Positions 1-9,079 of a stretch of 48,192 nt of DNA are shown one piece after another. The stretch's first letter is position 1. Every line of letters starts with the position of its first letter. Both the position numbers and the translations under genes were made by a program. The stretch lies in the NCBI GenBank assembly GCA_043769845.1, contig JAYVIX010000211.1:1-48192 (forward strand), in the 5' to 3' direction. The notes under the pieces are model-generated. The model ran no database searches, was not told where the DNA came from, and saw only the letters and a program-made list of their open reading frames with translations. The stretch is from Cytophagales bacterium (GTDB taxonomy: Bacteria; Bacteroidota; Bacteroidia; Cytophagales; UBA9547).

Positions 1-411
1 TCTATCCTTCAGATTTTTAATAACAAAGTGAAAGTGGTGGATGGAACCACTGCTACTGGAAAGTTGAGTAGGCATTATTTCTTTACTGCTGGTTATAAAA
101 TAAAACTGGATGATAAGTGGGCTTTGGTTCCATCTGTTTTGGTAAAAGGATTGTCGCCCGCACCTGTTCAGTTTGATGTAAACATGAAAGTGAGGTACAT
201 GGACAAGATTTGGGCAGGACTCTCTTATCGTAACAAAGATGCTGCAGTTGTTCTTATCGGGATGACAATTGATAATAGGATAGATTTCGGATATTCATTC
301 GATTACTCGGTTTCTAAATTGAACAAATATTCATATGGTTCTCATGAGATTTTAGTTGGTTACCATCTTCCTAAGAAGAAATTGCCACCAGCACATTCTT
401 ATTTTTGGTAG
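1..411 (+). CDS. PorP/SprF family type IX secretion system membrane protein (5' truncated by window edge)
   Basis: Frame is open from base 1 (SILQIFNNKV...). It has the typical PorP C-terminal pattern HYFFTAGY...PSVLVK...WAGLSYR...GYSFDY...GSHEI and lies upstream of an OmpA/PD40 gene. Confidence 0.88.
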   Translation, partial: SILQIFNNKVKVVDGTTATGKLSRHYFFTAGYKIKLDDKWALVPSVLVKGLSPAPVQFDVNMKVRYMDKIWAGLSYRNKDAAVVLIGMTIDNRIDFGYSFDYSVSKLNKYSYGSHEILVGYHLPKKKLPPAHSYFW

Positions 412-432
412 TATTCTTTATTATTTCTGTGT

Positions 433-2403
433 ATGAAAAAAATAGTTACTCTTACTTTAGTTCTTTTTGCGTTTTTAGGTGCTCATTTTTTGCAAGCGCA
501 GCATCGTAATCCACCTAAAAGATATGTGCGTCATATACATCCAGAGATGTATATGAAAGATACCGTTCATATTGATGCCGATTCAACTTTGTATTTTATT
601 GACAATTTGGGTTTAAGTGTCAATAAAGAACATAAATCAGCAGGAGCGCGTGTTTCCCCAGATGGCAAGACGCTTTATTTTTTCAAAGTAGACCATCCCG
701 AAAACCTTCGAGGTTCGCGTGATATTTGGACTTCAGAATGGAATGATAAAGATTCTTCTTGGCATCCAGCCACACCAATGCCAGAACCAGTCAATAACTA
801 TGCAGACAATTTGGTGCATTGGGCTTCCAAAGACGGTAGTAAATTGTTGCTACATAATAGATATTATAAGAATAAAACAGGCAAAAGTGGCTTGTCGATG
901 AGCGAACGCCAATCTGACGGAAGCTGGACTTTGCCTAAAAAGATCAAAATCAAGAAGTATAAAAATGATGCGGTATGTTCATTTGAACTATCGCCTGATG
1001 AGGAAGTTTTGATTTCAGCTATCAATCAGCCAGGTAATACGATGGGACAGCAGGATTTGTACGTAAGTTTTAAAATTAAACCTTATAAATATTCTGAACC
1101 AATCAACATGGGTAAGGTGATTAATACAAAAGGAATAGAAGCGACAGCATTTCTGGCTCCTAATGGAGAGTCGATGTATTTTTCATCGAATGGTCATCGT
1201 GGTTCTTTAGGAGGTTTTGATATTTACGAATCGAAACGTTTGGATGACACTTGGACGAATTGGTCGAAACCACGCCATATAGGCGCGCCTTTCAATACGA
1301 AAGATGACGACATGTATTTCTCCGTTCCAGATTCGGGGGATTATGTGTATTTGTCGAGGCATTTTGGGGGAAATAAGGATACAAACGATTATTCGGATAT
1401 CATTCGGATTAAATTGAAAGAGCTTGATCCATTGACTTTGCTAAGTGGAACTGTGAGTAGTAAATTTTACAAGAAGAATATTTCTGCAAAAATTAGCTAT
1501 GTGATGTTGAATGATTCGACAAGCAACAATATACAAGTTGGAGATTCTTCACAGCCATTCAAGCATCAATTTGCTGGTCGTAAATCGGTTGTGGTGAAAA
1601 TCGAAGATCCAGAACATAAGACTATTTATGACACCATTGACTTGACCAATGCAAAACCTGGAAAACGAAAGTTGGTGAAAGATTATAAAATGGAAATCAA
1701 GTCGGCTTTCTTAGGAAGGGTATATAGCGCAAAAGACTCGATTACGGCCATTTCTGCCAAAGTTACTTTTTATAACAAAGATAAAAATATTGTTTATGCG
1801 GGAGAAATATCTCCTAAAACAGATTCTTTGTTTAAAGTGTTTGCCACAAATGGTAAATATACCTATTCAATTAAGGCTCCTGGTTATCTGAAAGATACGA
1901 ATGAAATAGATATGAGTCAGATTGAAAAAATGGGTAGGGTTCGTCAGAATTTTTATCTTCAAAAGATTGAAATTGGTTTGACGTTTACTATCAAAAATAT
2001 TCTGTTTAAATACAATAGTCATGTTTTGGAGGCTTATTCGTTTTGGGAGTTAGATCGTATTGCCGACATGATGCGCGATTCGCCAAATCTTGAAATTGAG
2101 ATTGCAGGTCATACTGATAATGCAGGAAATGATGCTTACAACTTGTCACTATCGCAACGAAGAGCCAATTCGGTGGTGGCTTATTTGAAGACCAAGAGAA
2201 TTGTAAACGTGATTCATGCCAAAGGTTACGGAGAAGCAAAACCAATTGAAACAAACTTGACCCCAGAAGGCCGAGGAATAAACAGAAGGGTGGAATTTGT
2301 TGTAATGCACGTGAGTGATCCGAGTCAATTCTACAAACCAACAGAGTTGAAAGAAGGAATTGAAAAACCTGCAGATGTCAATCCTTTAGATATCACGAAG
2401 TAA
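433..2403 (+). CDS. OmpA-family protein with PD40 (WD40-like) repeats, PorE-like architecture
   Basis: Signal peptide; SPDGKTLYF, YFSSNG and GGFDIY PD40-type motifs; C-terminal OmpA domain (IAGHTD...NLSLSQRRA...NRRVEF). Confidence 0.88.
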   Translation: MKKIVTLTLVLFAFLGAHFLQAQHRNPPKRYVRHIHPEMYMKDTVHIDADSTLYFIDNLGLSVNKEHKSAGARVSPDGKTLYFFKVDHPENLRGSRDIWTSEWNDKDSSWHPATPMPEPVNNYADNLVHWASKDGSKLLLHNRYYKNKTGKSGLSMSERQSDGSWTLPKKIKIKKYKNDAVCSFELSPDEEVLISAINQPGNTMGQQDLYVSFKIKPYKYSEPINMGKVINTKGIEATAFLAPNGESMYFSSNGHRGSLGGFDIYESKRLDDTWTNWSKPRHIGAPFNTKDDDMYFSVPDSGDYVYLSRHFGGNKDTNDYSDIIRIKLKELDPLTLLSGTVSSKFYKKNISAKISYVMLNDSTSNNIQVGDSSQPFKHQFAGRKSVVVKIEDPEHKTIYDTIDLTNAKPGKRKLVKDYKMEIKSAFLGRVYSAKDSITAISAKVTFYNKDKNIVYAGEISPKTDSLFKVFATNGKYTYSIKAPGYLKDTNEIDMSQIEKMGRVRQNFYLQKIEIGLTFTIKNILFKYNSHVLEAYSFWELDRIADMMRDSPNLEIEIAGHTDNAGNDAYNLSLSQRRANSVVAYLKTKRIVNVIHAKGYGEAKPIETNLTPEGRGINRRVEFVVMHVSDPSQFYKPTELKEGIEKPADVNPLDITK

Positions 2404-2430
2404 TATAATATCTAACAAAGTAGTACAAAC

Positions 2431-2468
2431 ACAGAGAGCGCAGTCATAGACTGCGCTCTCTGTTTTAT
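2431..2468 (+). terminator. Intrinsic terminator between convergent genes
   Basis: Perfect 15-bp stem ACAGAGAGCGCAGTC-ATA-GACTGCGCTCTCTGT followed by TTTATT. Confidence 0.85.
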
Positions 2469-2522
2469 TAGAGTTATGAAGTGTTATTACTAACAGTTCT
2501 CTTTATTCTAGTTGATTCTATT

Positions 2523-3980
2523 TTAGAGGAGCTTCGTTTTTCTTCCAAAGAAAAATAGTACAAAAAGTGCCATTAAGCCAATTGCGTTTTTGGTTAGAAT
2601 AGTTATCATCAAATTGTTGCTTGGGTTGAAATTCCACAATGAAATAGAAATTATTACTCCGAAAAGAATGGCAACCGATAAATATTTTTTCCCATAAGGC
2701 ACATAATAATACTTTTGGCCGAGTTGGAAACTCACAAAAGCCATGGTTGCATAACAGCCAAAGGTTGCCCACGCACTGCCCACATAGCCCAATATAGGTA
2801 CTAGAAGTACATTCAGAATTACTGTTATAAATGCTCCGCCAATATTGATGTACATGCCATAATTGGTTTTGTCGGTCAGTTTGTACCAGATAGATAAATT
2901 ATAATAAATGCCTAAAAATAAATTGGCGGCAAGTAAAATAGGAACGACAACGATCCCTTTTCTGAATTCGGGACTTCGGAGCAAAAACTGAATCCAGTCT
3001 AAGTTCAAACTAATCATGATTAAAACGCCTGTACATGCCAAAACGAACCAATGCATCACTTTAGCATACAAGATGGGTGAGTTTTTGTCTTGTGCTTTAG
3101 AGAAGAAAAAAGGTTCAGAGGCATATCTAAATGCCTGAATACCAAGGCTCATGAAAATAGACAGTTTGTAACATGCGCCATAAATGCCCACAGCTCCTAG
3201 TTTTGAAATGCCATGATGCAAATCTGCAGGAAGTAAAAATTTCAGCATAATTCTGTCTATTACTTCGTTTGTCATACCCGCTAACCCCATTATCATTAAT
3301 GGCAAACCGTAAATGAGGTAGATTTTGGAGGAAGCGATGTTGAATGTTGGGTATTGCCATTTCGAAAAGTACCGTTTGAAAAATAGAATCTGGCAAGCGT
3401 TAGCGATGCAGTTGGCGATAAAAACAAACCGAACATCTTTTGTATAGAAATCTTTGCCGAAAAAATAAGGTAGAACAACGAGAAATAGCAGGTTTAATCC
3501 AATGTTAATCAGTATGTTACTCACTTTTATGAATGCGAATTTTTTTGCCTTGTTTTCTTGTCTTAATCGGGCAAAATCAAGTGCTAGAATGGTGTCAATT
3601 GCTATAGTAAGAATCAGCCAAACAATCATTTCTCCTTTTCCTGCATGTTGTAATAGGGTAGCGATGTTGCTGGAAAAAAGGATGGCGGGTAGTCCTAGCA
3701 GAATGGTAGAGCCAATCAGCATGGTTTGGATTTGGCTAAAAACCTCGTTTGGCTTTGCATCTAATTTATTGCAATGACGAAAAAACGTGGTCTCCATTCC
3801 GTAAGTGAATATCACGTTCAGGAAAGCGGCATAGGAATACAGTTCCGTAACGATTCCGTACTGTTCGGGAAGAAAAACGGCCGTGTAAAATGGGACGAGT
3901 AAATAGTTAAGGAATCGTCCTACAATACTGCTAAGCCCATAAATGGCGGTTTCTCCAGCCAGTTTTTTCAAGATACTCAT
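2523..3980 (-). CDS. Oligosaccharide flippase / polysaccharide biosynthesis protein (Wzx-like, MOP superfamily)
   Basis: Many hydrophobic helices; N-terminal LKKLAGETAIYGLSSIVGRFLNYLLVP and FRYASEPFFF motifs typical of this Bacteroidota family. Confidence 0.85.
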   Translation of the reverse strand: MSILKKLAGETAIYGLSSIVGRFLNYLLVPFYTAVFLPEQYGIVTELYSYAAFLNVIFTYGMETTFFRHCNKLDAKPNEVFSQIQTMLIGSTILLGLPAILFSSNIATLLQHAGKGEMIVWLILTIAIDTILALDFARLRQENKAKKFAFIKVSNILINIGLNLLFLVVLPYFFGKDFYTKDVRFVFIANCIANACQILFFKRYFSKWQYPTFNIASSKIYLIYGLPLMIMGLAGMTNEVIDRIMLKFLLPADLHHGISKLGAVGIYGACYKLSIFMSLGIQAFRYASEPFFFSKAQDKNSPILYAKVMHWFVLACTGVLIMISLNLDWIQFLLRSPEFRKGIVVVPILLAANLFLGIYYNLSIWYKLTDKTNYGMYINIGGAFITVILNVLLVPILGYVGSAWATFGCYATMAFVSFQLGQKYYYVPYGKKYLSVAILFGVIISISLWNFNPSNNLMITILTKNAIGLMALFVLFFFGRKTKLL

Positions 3981-3986
3981 ATAATT

Positions 3987-5036
3987 CTATTTCTCTTCGT
4001 TGAAGAGTAATTTGTAATAATTCATGCCTGATATTTCGTCTACACCACGTTCGATGAATTCCTTGCTTCCATGAACGTAGATGTGGAAGTTTTTGTCGAG
4101 TTTGATGATGGATTTGAAGAATTTAGCCTGTTTTTTTACTGCTTTTACCGAAATGGCAAATTCGTCTGCGAAAGCTTCTTCGTGTTTTTCTTGGTATTCT
4201 TCCTTGTATTCACGGAATTTGTCGATAATCTCTGGTTGCTGGATTACTTCGTTTGCAAACTCTTGAAAATCAAAGGTTTCTTTCTCTTTGAAGAAGTTGA
4301 TAGTGCGGTTTTGGATATCGATTTCATCCGTTTTGTCCATGTCATATTCCAATTTTAGCTTGTCTTGCACAAAATTGTTGTACAATTTCATGTAGCCTTG
4401 GGTATGGAAATAACTGTCTTCGCGCGGTTTGACGTTCAGGAATTCATCGCGCCAATAATGTGCGCCATCCTGTTTGTTCAAATTGTCGACCATCACGACC
4501 AAATAGCCTTTTTCTTTTTCGGTATTGAAAATCAGGCAACCTTTGTCTAATTTGTGAATATTTATTCCTTCATCCGCTTGCATTTCGTAATTGTCGGATT
4601 GGGTAAATACTTTCAGGTATTTTTCCTTGCTTTCCGATTTGAATATACCCACACATTCTACCACTTCGTCTTCGGCACCACATTCGATGAAATGGGCAAT
4701 GTACATATCGCCCGCCTTGATTTTGGGATGAGTCGTTTTTTGATGTAAATGCTTGGCCAGATTTTGTGATTGTTCTAGAAACGTGTTTTCATTTTCAAAA
4801 ATAGCTTTCACGAACGTATAGACTTCATTCAAAGCTAAATCGGTTTCGTGTTTTAAATGAAAATATTCTCCTGTATTTTTGAACGGGTTGGTAAAATATT
4901 GCAGAAGAAGGCTTAATACGTTTTCGTCCAACTTTCCCATTTTGTCGGTTGAAAGTCTCAGGTCTTCGTCCATCGAGATATTTCCCACAAAATGACCAGC
5001 AAGCAAGTTGAGTTGCGCGTTGGAGAAATTCAGCAT
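3987..5036 (-). CDS. Nucleoid-associated protein (37-kDa NdpA/YejK-like family)
   Basis: H.VGN near the N-terminus, HPKIKAGD, KLDKGCLIFN, YW..EFL and IKLDKNFHIYVHG motifs. Confidence 0.8.
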   Translation of the reverse strand: MLNFSNAQLNLLAGHFVGNISMDEDLRLSTDKMGKLDENVLSLLLQYFTNPFKNTGEYFHLKHETDLALNEVYTFVKAIFENENTFLEQSQNLAKHLHQKTTHPKIKAGDMYIAHFIECGAEDEVVECVGIFKSESKEKYLKVFTQSDNYEMQADEGINIHKLDKGCLIFNTEKEKGYLVVMVDNLNKQDGAHYWRDEFLNVKPREDSYFHTQGYMKLYNNFVQDKLKLEYDMDKTDEIDIQNRTINFFKEKETFDFQEFANEVIQQPEIIDKFREYKEEYQEKHEEAFADEFAISVKAVKKQAKFFKSIIKLDKNFHIYVHGSKEFIERGVDEISGMNYYKLLFNEEK

Positions 5037-5062
5037 AAAGCAGTTTAGGATTGATTTGAGAC

Positions 5063-5070
5063 CAAAGATA
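5063..5070 (-). promoter_or_regulatory. Bacteroidota sigma-A -7 box for the nucleoid-protein/flippase unit
   Basis: TATCTTTG on the minus strand matches TAnnTTTG, 26 bp before the ATG. Confidence 0.6.
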
Positions 5071-5221
5071 GGTTCAAATCGGTTTGGATTTTAGGCTGGC
5101 AACGTTCTATTCATAATTTTATCAGAAATGGGCTTACTTTATTGGGGAACGTATTCCTGAATTGGATTTTTTTTGTCAATTTACAGCCCTTTACATAAAA
5201 ACACTAAACCTGTTAGTCAAT

Positions 5222-6511
5222 ATGTCAAACCCAGCACAATTAATCCTTGACGGCAAAACGTATGAATTGCCAGTACTTGAAGGAACAGAAAATGAGAAAG
5301 CCATTGATATTGGCAAATTGAGGGATCTTACAGGTTATATCACATATGATGTAGGTTATAAAAACACGGGTGTGACCAAAAGTGCCATCACTTTTTTGGA
5401 TGGTGAAGAAGGAATCTTGAGCTACAGAGGCTATCCTATCGAGCAATTGGCCGAAAAATCGAACTTCCTAGAAGTGGCTTATTTGTTGATTTATGGCGAG
5501 TTGCCAACGAAAGAACAGTTTACTGCTTTTGATAAGTCGATTGATGATCATTCGATGATCCATGAAGATGTGAAAACTATTTTGCATGGTTTTCCATCTT
5601 ACGCACATCCAATGGGCGTTTTGTCTTCATTGGTTTGTTCGCTTACTGCTTTTTATCCTGAATCGTTGGATCCAAATGCTTCTGAAAAAGCAATCAATGA
5701 TTCGATTATCCGTTTGATTGCTAAGATGCCAACGATGGTAGCTTGGGCATACAAAAAATCAAAAGGCCGTCCGGTGAACTATCCAATTCGTAGTTTGGAA
5801 TATTGCTCGAACTTCATGCACATGATGTTTGCAGCTCCAACCGAAAATTATGATGTGGATCCTGTAGTAACGGATGCTTTAAACAAATTACTAATTCTTC
5901 ATGCTGACCATGAGCAAAACTGCTCTACTTCAACAGTGCGTATTGTTGGTTCGTCTCAAGCCAGTTTGTATGGTTCAATTTCGGCTGGTATCAACGCACT
6001 TTGGGGACCACTACATGGTGGAGCAAACCAAGAAGTGATTGAGATGCTAGATCAAATCAAAGCGGATGGTGGCGATACTAAAAAGTGGATTGCGAAAGCG
6101 AAAGACAAAAACGATCCATTCCGATTGATGGGCTTTGGTCACCGTGTGTACAAAAACTTTGACCCACGTGCGAAAATCATCAAAAAAGCCTGTGACGATA
6201 TATTGAGCAAACTAGGCGTAAACGATCCGGTTTTATCTATTGCCAAAGAATTGGAGCAAGCCGCATTGAACGATCCATATTTCGTAGAAAGAAAACTGTA
6301 TCCAAATGTTGACTTCTATTCGGGTATCATCTATCGTGCATTAGGAATTCCTTCTAACATGTTCACTGTAATGTTTGCACTCGGTCGTCTTCCAGGTTGG
6401 ATTGCACAATGGAAAGAGCTTCGTTTGAACAAAGAGCCAATTGGTCGTCCTAGACAGGTTTATATGGGCGAGAACAAGCGCGACTACGTTTCTATGGTAG
6501 ATAGAGGATAG
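5222..6511 (+). CDS. gltA: Citrate synthase
   Basis: LILHADHEQNCST, WGPLHGGAN, GFGHRVYKNFDPRA and YPNVDFYSG motifs. ATG 5222 is preferred over the upstream TTG. Confidence 0.97.
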   Translation: MSNPAQLILDGKTYELPVLEGTENEKAIDIGKLRDLTGYITYDVGYKNTGVTKSAITFLDGEEGILSYRGYPIEQLAEKSNFLEVAYLLIYGELPTKEQFTAFDKSIDDHSMIHEDVKTILHGFPSYAHPMGVLSSLVCSLTAFYPESLDPNASEKAINDSIIRLIAKMPTMVAWAYKKSKGRPVNYPIRSLEYCSNFMHMMFAAPTENYDVDPVVTDALNKLLILHADHEQNCSTSTVRIVGSSQASLYGSISAGINALWGPLHGGANQEVIEMLDQIKADGGDTKKWIAKAKDKNDPFRLMGFGHRVYKNFDPRAKIIKKACDDILSKLGVNDPVLSIAKELEQAALNDPYFVERKLYPNVDFYSGIIYRALGIPSNMFTVMFALGRLPGWIAQWKELRLNKEPIGRPRQVYMGENKRDYVSMVDRG

Positions 6512-6517
6512 TTTTTT

Positions 6518-6545
6518 AATTAAGAATTATCAATTAAGAATTAAA
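6518..6545. repeat. Tandem heptamer tract (AATTAAG-type, 4 units)
   Basis: AATTAAG AATTATC AATTAAG AATTAAA directly after the gltA stop. Confidence 0.65.
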
Positions 6546-6586
6546 AGGGTTTGATTCTGGCAATGGCTGGAATTGAACCCTTTTTT
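6543..6586 (+). terminator. Intrinsic terminator of gltA
   Basis: Stem AGGGTTTGATTCTGGC / GCTGGAATTGAACCCT, fully paired with G-U wobbles on the + RNA, followed by a T run. Confidence 0.75.
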
Positions 6587-6599
6587 GGTTTCGTACGTC

Positions 6600-6711
6600 C
6601 AATGGGTTGCACCCATTGTTACCCATATTCATGCCATTCTCGCTTTTGGGTTGTGGCGAAATAGCCCGAGAGGGTTTATTAAATTTTGGCAACCACTGAT
6701 GTAATCGGTGG
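6600..6711. repeat. Degenerate REP-like palindrome cluster
   Basis: Hairpins CAATGGG-TTGCA-CCCATTG (6600-6618), AGCCC-GAGA-GGGTT (6663-6676) and CCACTGAT-GTA-ATCGGTGG (6693-6711). Confidence 0.5.
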
Positions 6712-6758
6712 AAGGCGAAACTTATATTTGAACCCTGAATGAGTTGAATTTTCATTCC

Positions 6759-7103
6759 CTACTTCTTCTCCAACCAAGCCACTTTTTCTTCCAAAAGCTT
6801 GATTTTGTCTTCGGATAGTTGCTAGAGTTTTTCGGGGAAATTGTTATGGATTTTGCCGTGATTATTGAAGGAACTTAGTTGAGAATTATAGAAAATTGTT
6901 TGAGAATCAAGCCCTACGATTTCGTGTGGCTTTAGTTCGAATACTTTGGCTGGTTGTTCGATGCGGCTGAACGGTACATCTGTTTTGCCACGTTCCAAAT
7001 CCGAATCGTTTTGTTGGCTCATGCCCAACTGTTCGGCCATAAGATCTTGTTTCAGACCTTTCAGTTCGCACAATTTTTTGATATGTTCTTCCAGTGCTTC
7101 CAT
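6759..7103 (-). pseudogene. XRE-family HTH regulator with in-frame premature TAG
   Basis: HTH_3 pattern IKKLCELKGLKQDLMAEQLGMSQQNDSDLERG. After TAG at 6822-6824 the frame continues QLSEDKIKLLEEKVAWLEKK to a TAG at 6759-6761. Confidence 0.65.
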
Positions 7104-7290
7104 GTCGGTAAAATATGTGTTTGTGCCTGTATTTGTCGGGAAATTATTTCCTTACAGAGGATGACATTCTAGTTGGTTTCGGGAAGCAATATTTGGACGA
7201 TAACAAACTCCAATCAAGTAATTGTTTATATCTGAACTATGGGCATATCTGAAAAAGGCAATACCGAAATCTGGAATTCTAAATTTTCGC

Positions 7291-7298
7291 TAAGTTTG
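7291..7298 (+). promoter_or_regulatory. -7 promoter box for the J-domain gene
   Basis: TAAGTTTG matches TAnnTTTG, 41 bp before the ATG. A second match, TATTTTTG, lies at 7319-7326. Confidence 0.45.
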
Positions 7299-7339
7299 AT
7301 GATAGAAAGGAAATTGGCTATTTTTGAGTTTTCAATATT

Positions 7340-8527
7340 ATGACATCTTCTAAAACCACATTTTTGATAAAATCGACTGACGATAAGAGTTTATCGAAAG
7401 ACCAAATAGATTTCAACAAGTTATCGCATCAAATAGAAACACTACGAAAGCAAATAGAAAAGAAAGAAATAGAGTTTGAAAACAAATTAGAAATTTTCAA
7501 CAAAAAAATCCTTCCTGCTAAAACCAGCAACCTCGACACCAAAACTAAATTTTTGAAATTTGTGCATCAAACAATGCAACAATGCAAGTTTTCTAAAAAA
7601 GACCTAAAGTTGATTTCCGAATTTTCAGCCTACTGTTTTGCTGAAATCGCTGAGGATCGCGACATTGACGATGAGTTAAAAGCTATTCATGATTTCTATA
7701 ATAAAGAACGTTTTGATGATGTAATGCAAACGGAAACAAATCAAATTTTGGATCGTTTCCGCCAACAACTGAAGATTATGTATGGCATTGATGTAGATTT
7801 TTCGGAACTGGAAGGACGCAATTTCGATGAAGAAGCAACAAGAATTGCACAAGAGAAAATAGAAGCAGCCATGCAAGAAAAATTTGGAAACAATCGAGAT
7901 TTTAATGGAAATTTCGCTTTCCAAGGCGAAATGAACAATGAAAAACCGCGAAAAAAGACCAAAGCAGAACTCAAAAGAGAAGAACTTGAGTTGGAAAAAG
8001 AAGAACTTAAAACAAAGAACATACGCTCGGTTTATTTGTCTCTAGCCAAATTGCTCCATCCTGATTTAGAAACAGATGAAGATAAAAAAACAGAGAAAGA
8101 AGAGTTGATGAAACAGGTAACTAAAGCCTATGACAACAAAGACCTAATCTCCCTCCTCAAACTAGAAATGCAATGGGTAAATAGTGCAAATAAAAACATT
8201 GAAACTCTAAGTGGTGATAAAATAAAAGCGTTTATTTCTTTGCTCAGAGAACAAGTTAGCGAACTGGAATTAGAGAAATACACCATAGATAAGCGCGAAA
8301 AATACCAAGTGTTCTTTGAATATAGACGACTTGGAATTAAACAATTTGAATTACAAATAGCAACTGATGCTACCATTATTGAAGAAGAAACTGAGATGAT
8401 GGAAGATAGTATATTCGACATAAAGGATTTTAAATCAAATAAAACTGATTTAATGGATGTAATTGAAGGCTATGTAATGGAAAAAAATCTTGAAAATTTT
8501 GATTATTCGATGTTTCATGGTTTTTAA
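7340..8527 (+). CDS. Coiled-coil protein with internal J-domain (HPD motif)
   Basis: IRSVYLSLAKLLHPDLETDEDKKTEKEELMKQVTKAY resembles J-domain helix II-HPD-helix III; the remainder is charged and helical. Confidence 0.75.
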   Translation: MTSSKTTFLIKSTDDKSLSKDQIDFNKLSHQIETLRKQIEKKEIEFENKLEIFNKKILPAKTSNLDTKTKFLKFVHQTMQQCKFSKKDLKLISEFSAYCFAEIAEDRDIDDELKAIHDFYNKERFDDVMQTETNQILDRFRQQLKIMYGIDVDFSELEGRNFDEEATRIAQEKIEAAMQEKFGNNRDFNGNFAFQGEMNNEKPRKKTKAELKREELELEKEELKTKNIRSVYLSLAKLLHPDLETDEDKKTEKEELMKQVTKAYDNKDLISLLKLEMQWVNSANKNIETLSGDKIKAFISLLREQVSELELEKYTIDKREKYQVFFEYRRLGIKQFELQIATDATIIEEETEMMEDSIFDIKDFKSNKTDLMDVIEGYVMEKNLENFDYSMFHGF

Positions 8528-8605
8528 AACCTGTTTGTGCAAGCGTCCGCTCAATCTAGGTAAAGAATAGATTCAGTGGATGCTGTAGAAAAGGACAATC
8601 ATTTA

Positions 8606-8665
8606 GGTCTGACCTTCGGTACTGACCTAAATGCAAAAAGCCAAGTTAATACCGAAGGTCAGACC
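8606..8665. repeat. Perfect 16-bp inverted repeat with 28-bp spacer (REP-doublet/MITE-like)
   Basis: GGTCTGACCTTCGGTA (8606-8621) and TACCGAAGGTCAGACC (8650-8665). Confidence 0.7.
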
Positions 8666-8690
8666 CGAATAATCAGGATTTTCTAAACAA

Positions 8691-8734
8691 AAAAGGGTTC
8701 AATTTTGGCTTTTGCTGGAATTTGAATCTTTTTT
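8691..8734 (+). terminator. Terminator-like hairpin, a diverged copy of the gltA terminator
   Basis: AAAAGGGTTCAATTTTGGC-TTTT-GCTGGAATTTGAATCTTTTTT; about 80% identical by eye to 6543-6586. Confidence 0.55.
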
Positions 8735-8767
8735 GTTTGCTATTTGTAAACTTTTTATCTTTCCACT

Positions 8768-9079
8768 ATGTTCAACATCATAGCACGGAAAACGCTTCTT
8801 TTTTTTATGGAGTTTTATCCACTTGCGAAACCTGCGCTGAGTAAATGGTATGAGGAGATGCTAGATGCTGATTTCGAAAATTTCAATCAGCTAAAGGAGG
8901 TATACAAAAATGCAAGTTTAGTGGCCGACAATAGGGTAGTTTTCAATATTAAAGGTAATGATTACAGGTTGGTGGTGCGGATTTTGTTCGAATATAGAGC
9001 CATTCAAATAAAATGGCTTGGGACACATAAAGAGTATGATTTGATTGATGTGGAAACCGTTGAATTCAAAAAGCCATGA
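8768..9079 (+). CDS. higB: Type II TA toxin, HigB family mRNA interferase
   Basis: IIARKTL...WY...ASLVADNRVVFNIKGNDYRLV...GTHKEYD motifs; toxin precedes the HTH antitoxin with an ATGA overlap. Confidence 0.92.
   Translation: MFNIIARKTLLFFMEFYPLAKPALSKWYEEMLDADFENFNQLKEVYKNASLVADNRVVFNIKGNDYRLVVRILFEYRAIQIKWLGTHKEYDLIDVETVEFKKP

Noticed and set aside
6534-6755. 73-aa minus-strand ORF
   Set aside because: Runs across the gltA terminator and REP-like palindromes and has no protein-like features; probably spurious.
6822-6824. Amber readthrough or alternative genetic code
   Set aside because: TAG ends several intact genes here (gltA, pheT, nuoA) and the HTH shows other signs of decay.
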